Assembly: GCA_900234795.1 (NCBI GenBank)
Contig: LT962688.1
Span: forward strand, 4,680,001-4,712,000
Length of the DNA: 32,000 nucleotides
Reading direction: 5' to 3'
From: Methylorubrum extorquens
GTDB taxonomy: Bacteria; Pseudomonadota; Alphaproteobacteria; Rhizobiales; Beijerinckiaceae
Shown piece after piece: positions 30,966 to 32,000 of the stretch. Within the stretch, counting starts at the first letter, position 1, and each line of letters opens with the position of its first letter. Both the position numbers and the translations under genes were made by a program. The notes beneath the pieces were generated by a model that worked only from the letters and a program-made list of their open reading frames with translations, searched no databases and was not told the DNA's origin.

Positions 30966-32000
30966 ATGGCCCCGTTCGACAATCCCTTCGATGCCAAACG
31001 CCGCTTCGCACGCGGCGGCTGCTCCTGCGGTTCGCATGCGTCCCAGGCCGCGCATGAGGCGGCCCTGCCAAGCGGGGACGCCGCAATCGAGCGGGTCGTC
31101 GAGGCGACGATGATGCGGGCCCTGTTTCCGCATCAGGCCGAGCGCCGCGCCTTCCTGCGCAGCGTCGGCCTCGCGACGGCGGCGGCGGCCGTCAGCCAGT
31201 TCCTGCCGACGAAATTCGTGGCCGAGGCCTTCGCCGAAGCGGGCAAGCCGGAGAAGACCGACCTCAAGATCGGCTTCATCCCGATCACCTGCGCCACGCC
31301 GATCATCATGGCCAAGCCCATGGGCTTCTATGAAAAGCAGGGCCTCAACGTCGATGTCGTGAAGACCGCCGGCTGGGCGGTCGTGCGCGACAAGACCCTG
31401 AACAAGGAATACGACGCCGCCCACATGCTGGCACCGATGCCGCTCGCCATCACGATGGGGCTCGGATCGAACCCTGTTCCGTTCGCCGTGCCAGCGATCG
31501 AGAACGTCAACGGGCAGGCAATCTGCCTCGCGAATAAGCACAAAGACAATCGCGACCCGAAGAATTGGAAAGGATTCAAGCTCGCGATTCCGTTCGATTA
31601 CTCGAATCACAACTACTTGTTGCGCTACTACCTCGCCGAGCACGGGATCGACCCCGACACCGACGTGCAGCTCCGCTCGGTGCCGCCGCCCGAGATGGTC
31701 GCGAACCTGCGCGCCGACAACATCGACGGCTTCCTCGCGCCCGACAACGTCGTCCAGCGCGCGGTCTATGACGGCGTCGGCTTCATCCACATCCTGTCGA
31801 AGGAGATCTGGGACGGGCATCCCTGCTGCTCCTTCTCCGTGGCGCAGGACACGATCCGCGACATGCCGAACGCGACGGCCGCGATGCTGCGCGCCATCCT
31901 CCAGGCGACCGCCTACGCCTCGAAGGCGGAGAACCGCAAGGAGATCGCCGCCGCCATCGCGCCCGCGAACTACCTCAACCAGCCGCTCACCGTGGTGGAG
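30966..32000 (+). CDS. ABC transporter substrate-binding protein, NrtA/CmpA/SsuA (NitT/TauT) family, with a long N-terminal extension before the Tat motif; 3' end outside the window
   Basis: Translated by hand; the frame is open from ATG 30966 to the window end (345 codons). MAPFDNPFDAKRRFARGGCSCGSHASQ...ERRAFLRSVGLATAAAAV (Tat-like), then LKIGFIPITCATPIIMAKPMGFYEKQGLNVDVVK...NIDGFLAPDNVVQRAV, typical of NrtA-like proteins. It is absent from the ORF track because no stop lies in the window. Confidence 0.85.
   Translation, partial: MAPFDNPFDAKRRFARGGCSCGSHASQAAHEAALPSGDAAIERVVEATMMRALFPHQAERRAFLRSVGLATAAAAVSQFLPTKFVAEAFAEAGKPEKTDLKIGFIPITCATPIIMAKPMGFYEKQGLNVDVVKTAGWAVVRDKTLNKEYDAAHMLAPMPLAITMGLGSNPVPFAVPAIENVNGQAICLANKHKDNRDPKNWKGFKLAIPFDYSNHNYLLRYYLAEHGIDPDTDVQLRSVPPPEMVANLRADNIDGFLAPDNVVQRAVYDGVGFIHILSKEIWDGHPCCSFSVAQDTIRDMPNATAAMLRAILQATAYASKAENRKEIAAAIAPANYLNQPLTVVE

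Overview
High-GC (roughly 68-70%) DNA that looks alphaproteobacterial, Rhizobiales/Methylobacterium-like; the taxon is an inference from composition and gene families. Left to right: (1) a NitT/TauT-type ABC importer: binding protein whose Tat signal is in a different frame from its mature domain, permease, ATPase. (2) A ~1.15 kb ORF-poor, lower-GC spacer. (3) A three-gene exopolysaccharide module: HlyD-like membrane-fusion protein, secreted helical-repeat protein, GT2 processive beta-glucan synthase (BcsA/CrdS/BgsA-like). (4) On the minus strand, a PrtD/PrtE-type type I secretion ABC and MFP, followed by a ~1400-aa almost entirely low-complexity protein with 180/186-bp tandem repeats. (5) A lower-GC regulatory islet: XRE regulator and an ECF sigma factor with an in-frame NepR-like anti-sigma motif, flanked by two paralogous ~70-aa ORFs. 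(6) LysR, nitrilase, DUF485, ActP-like symporter. (7) A divergent DJ-1/PfpI + GlxA/AraC pair. (8) A GAF-sigma54 enhancer-binding protein followed by two transcription units, each preceded by the same palindromic upstream element and a near-consensus -24/-12 promoter. The first unit is OsmC-like / acyl-CoA-dehydrogenase-fold / rubredoxin-reductase fusion; the second starts with an NrtA/SsuA-type binding protein cut by the window end. No rRNA, tRNA, CRISPR array or recognisable transposase was seen. The most interesting items are the sigma54 mini-regulon, the T1SS-linked disordered giant protein and the NepR-ECF fusion with its flanking paralogues. All functional calls rest on motif recognition by eye; no database search was run.
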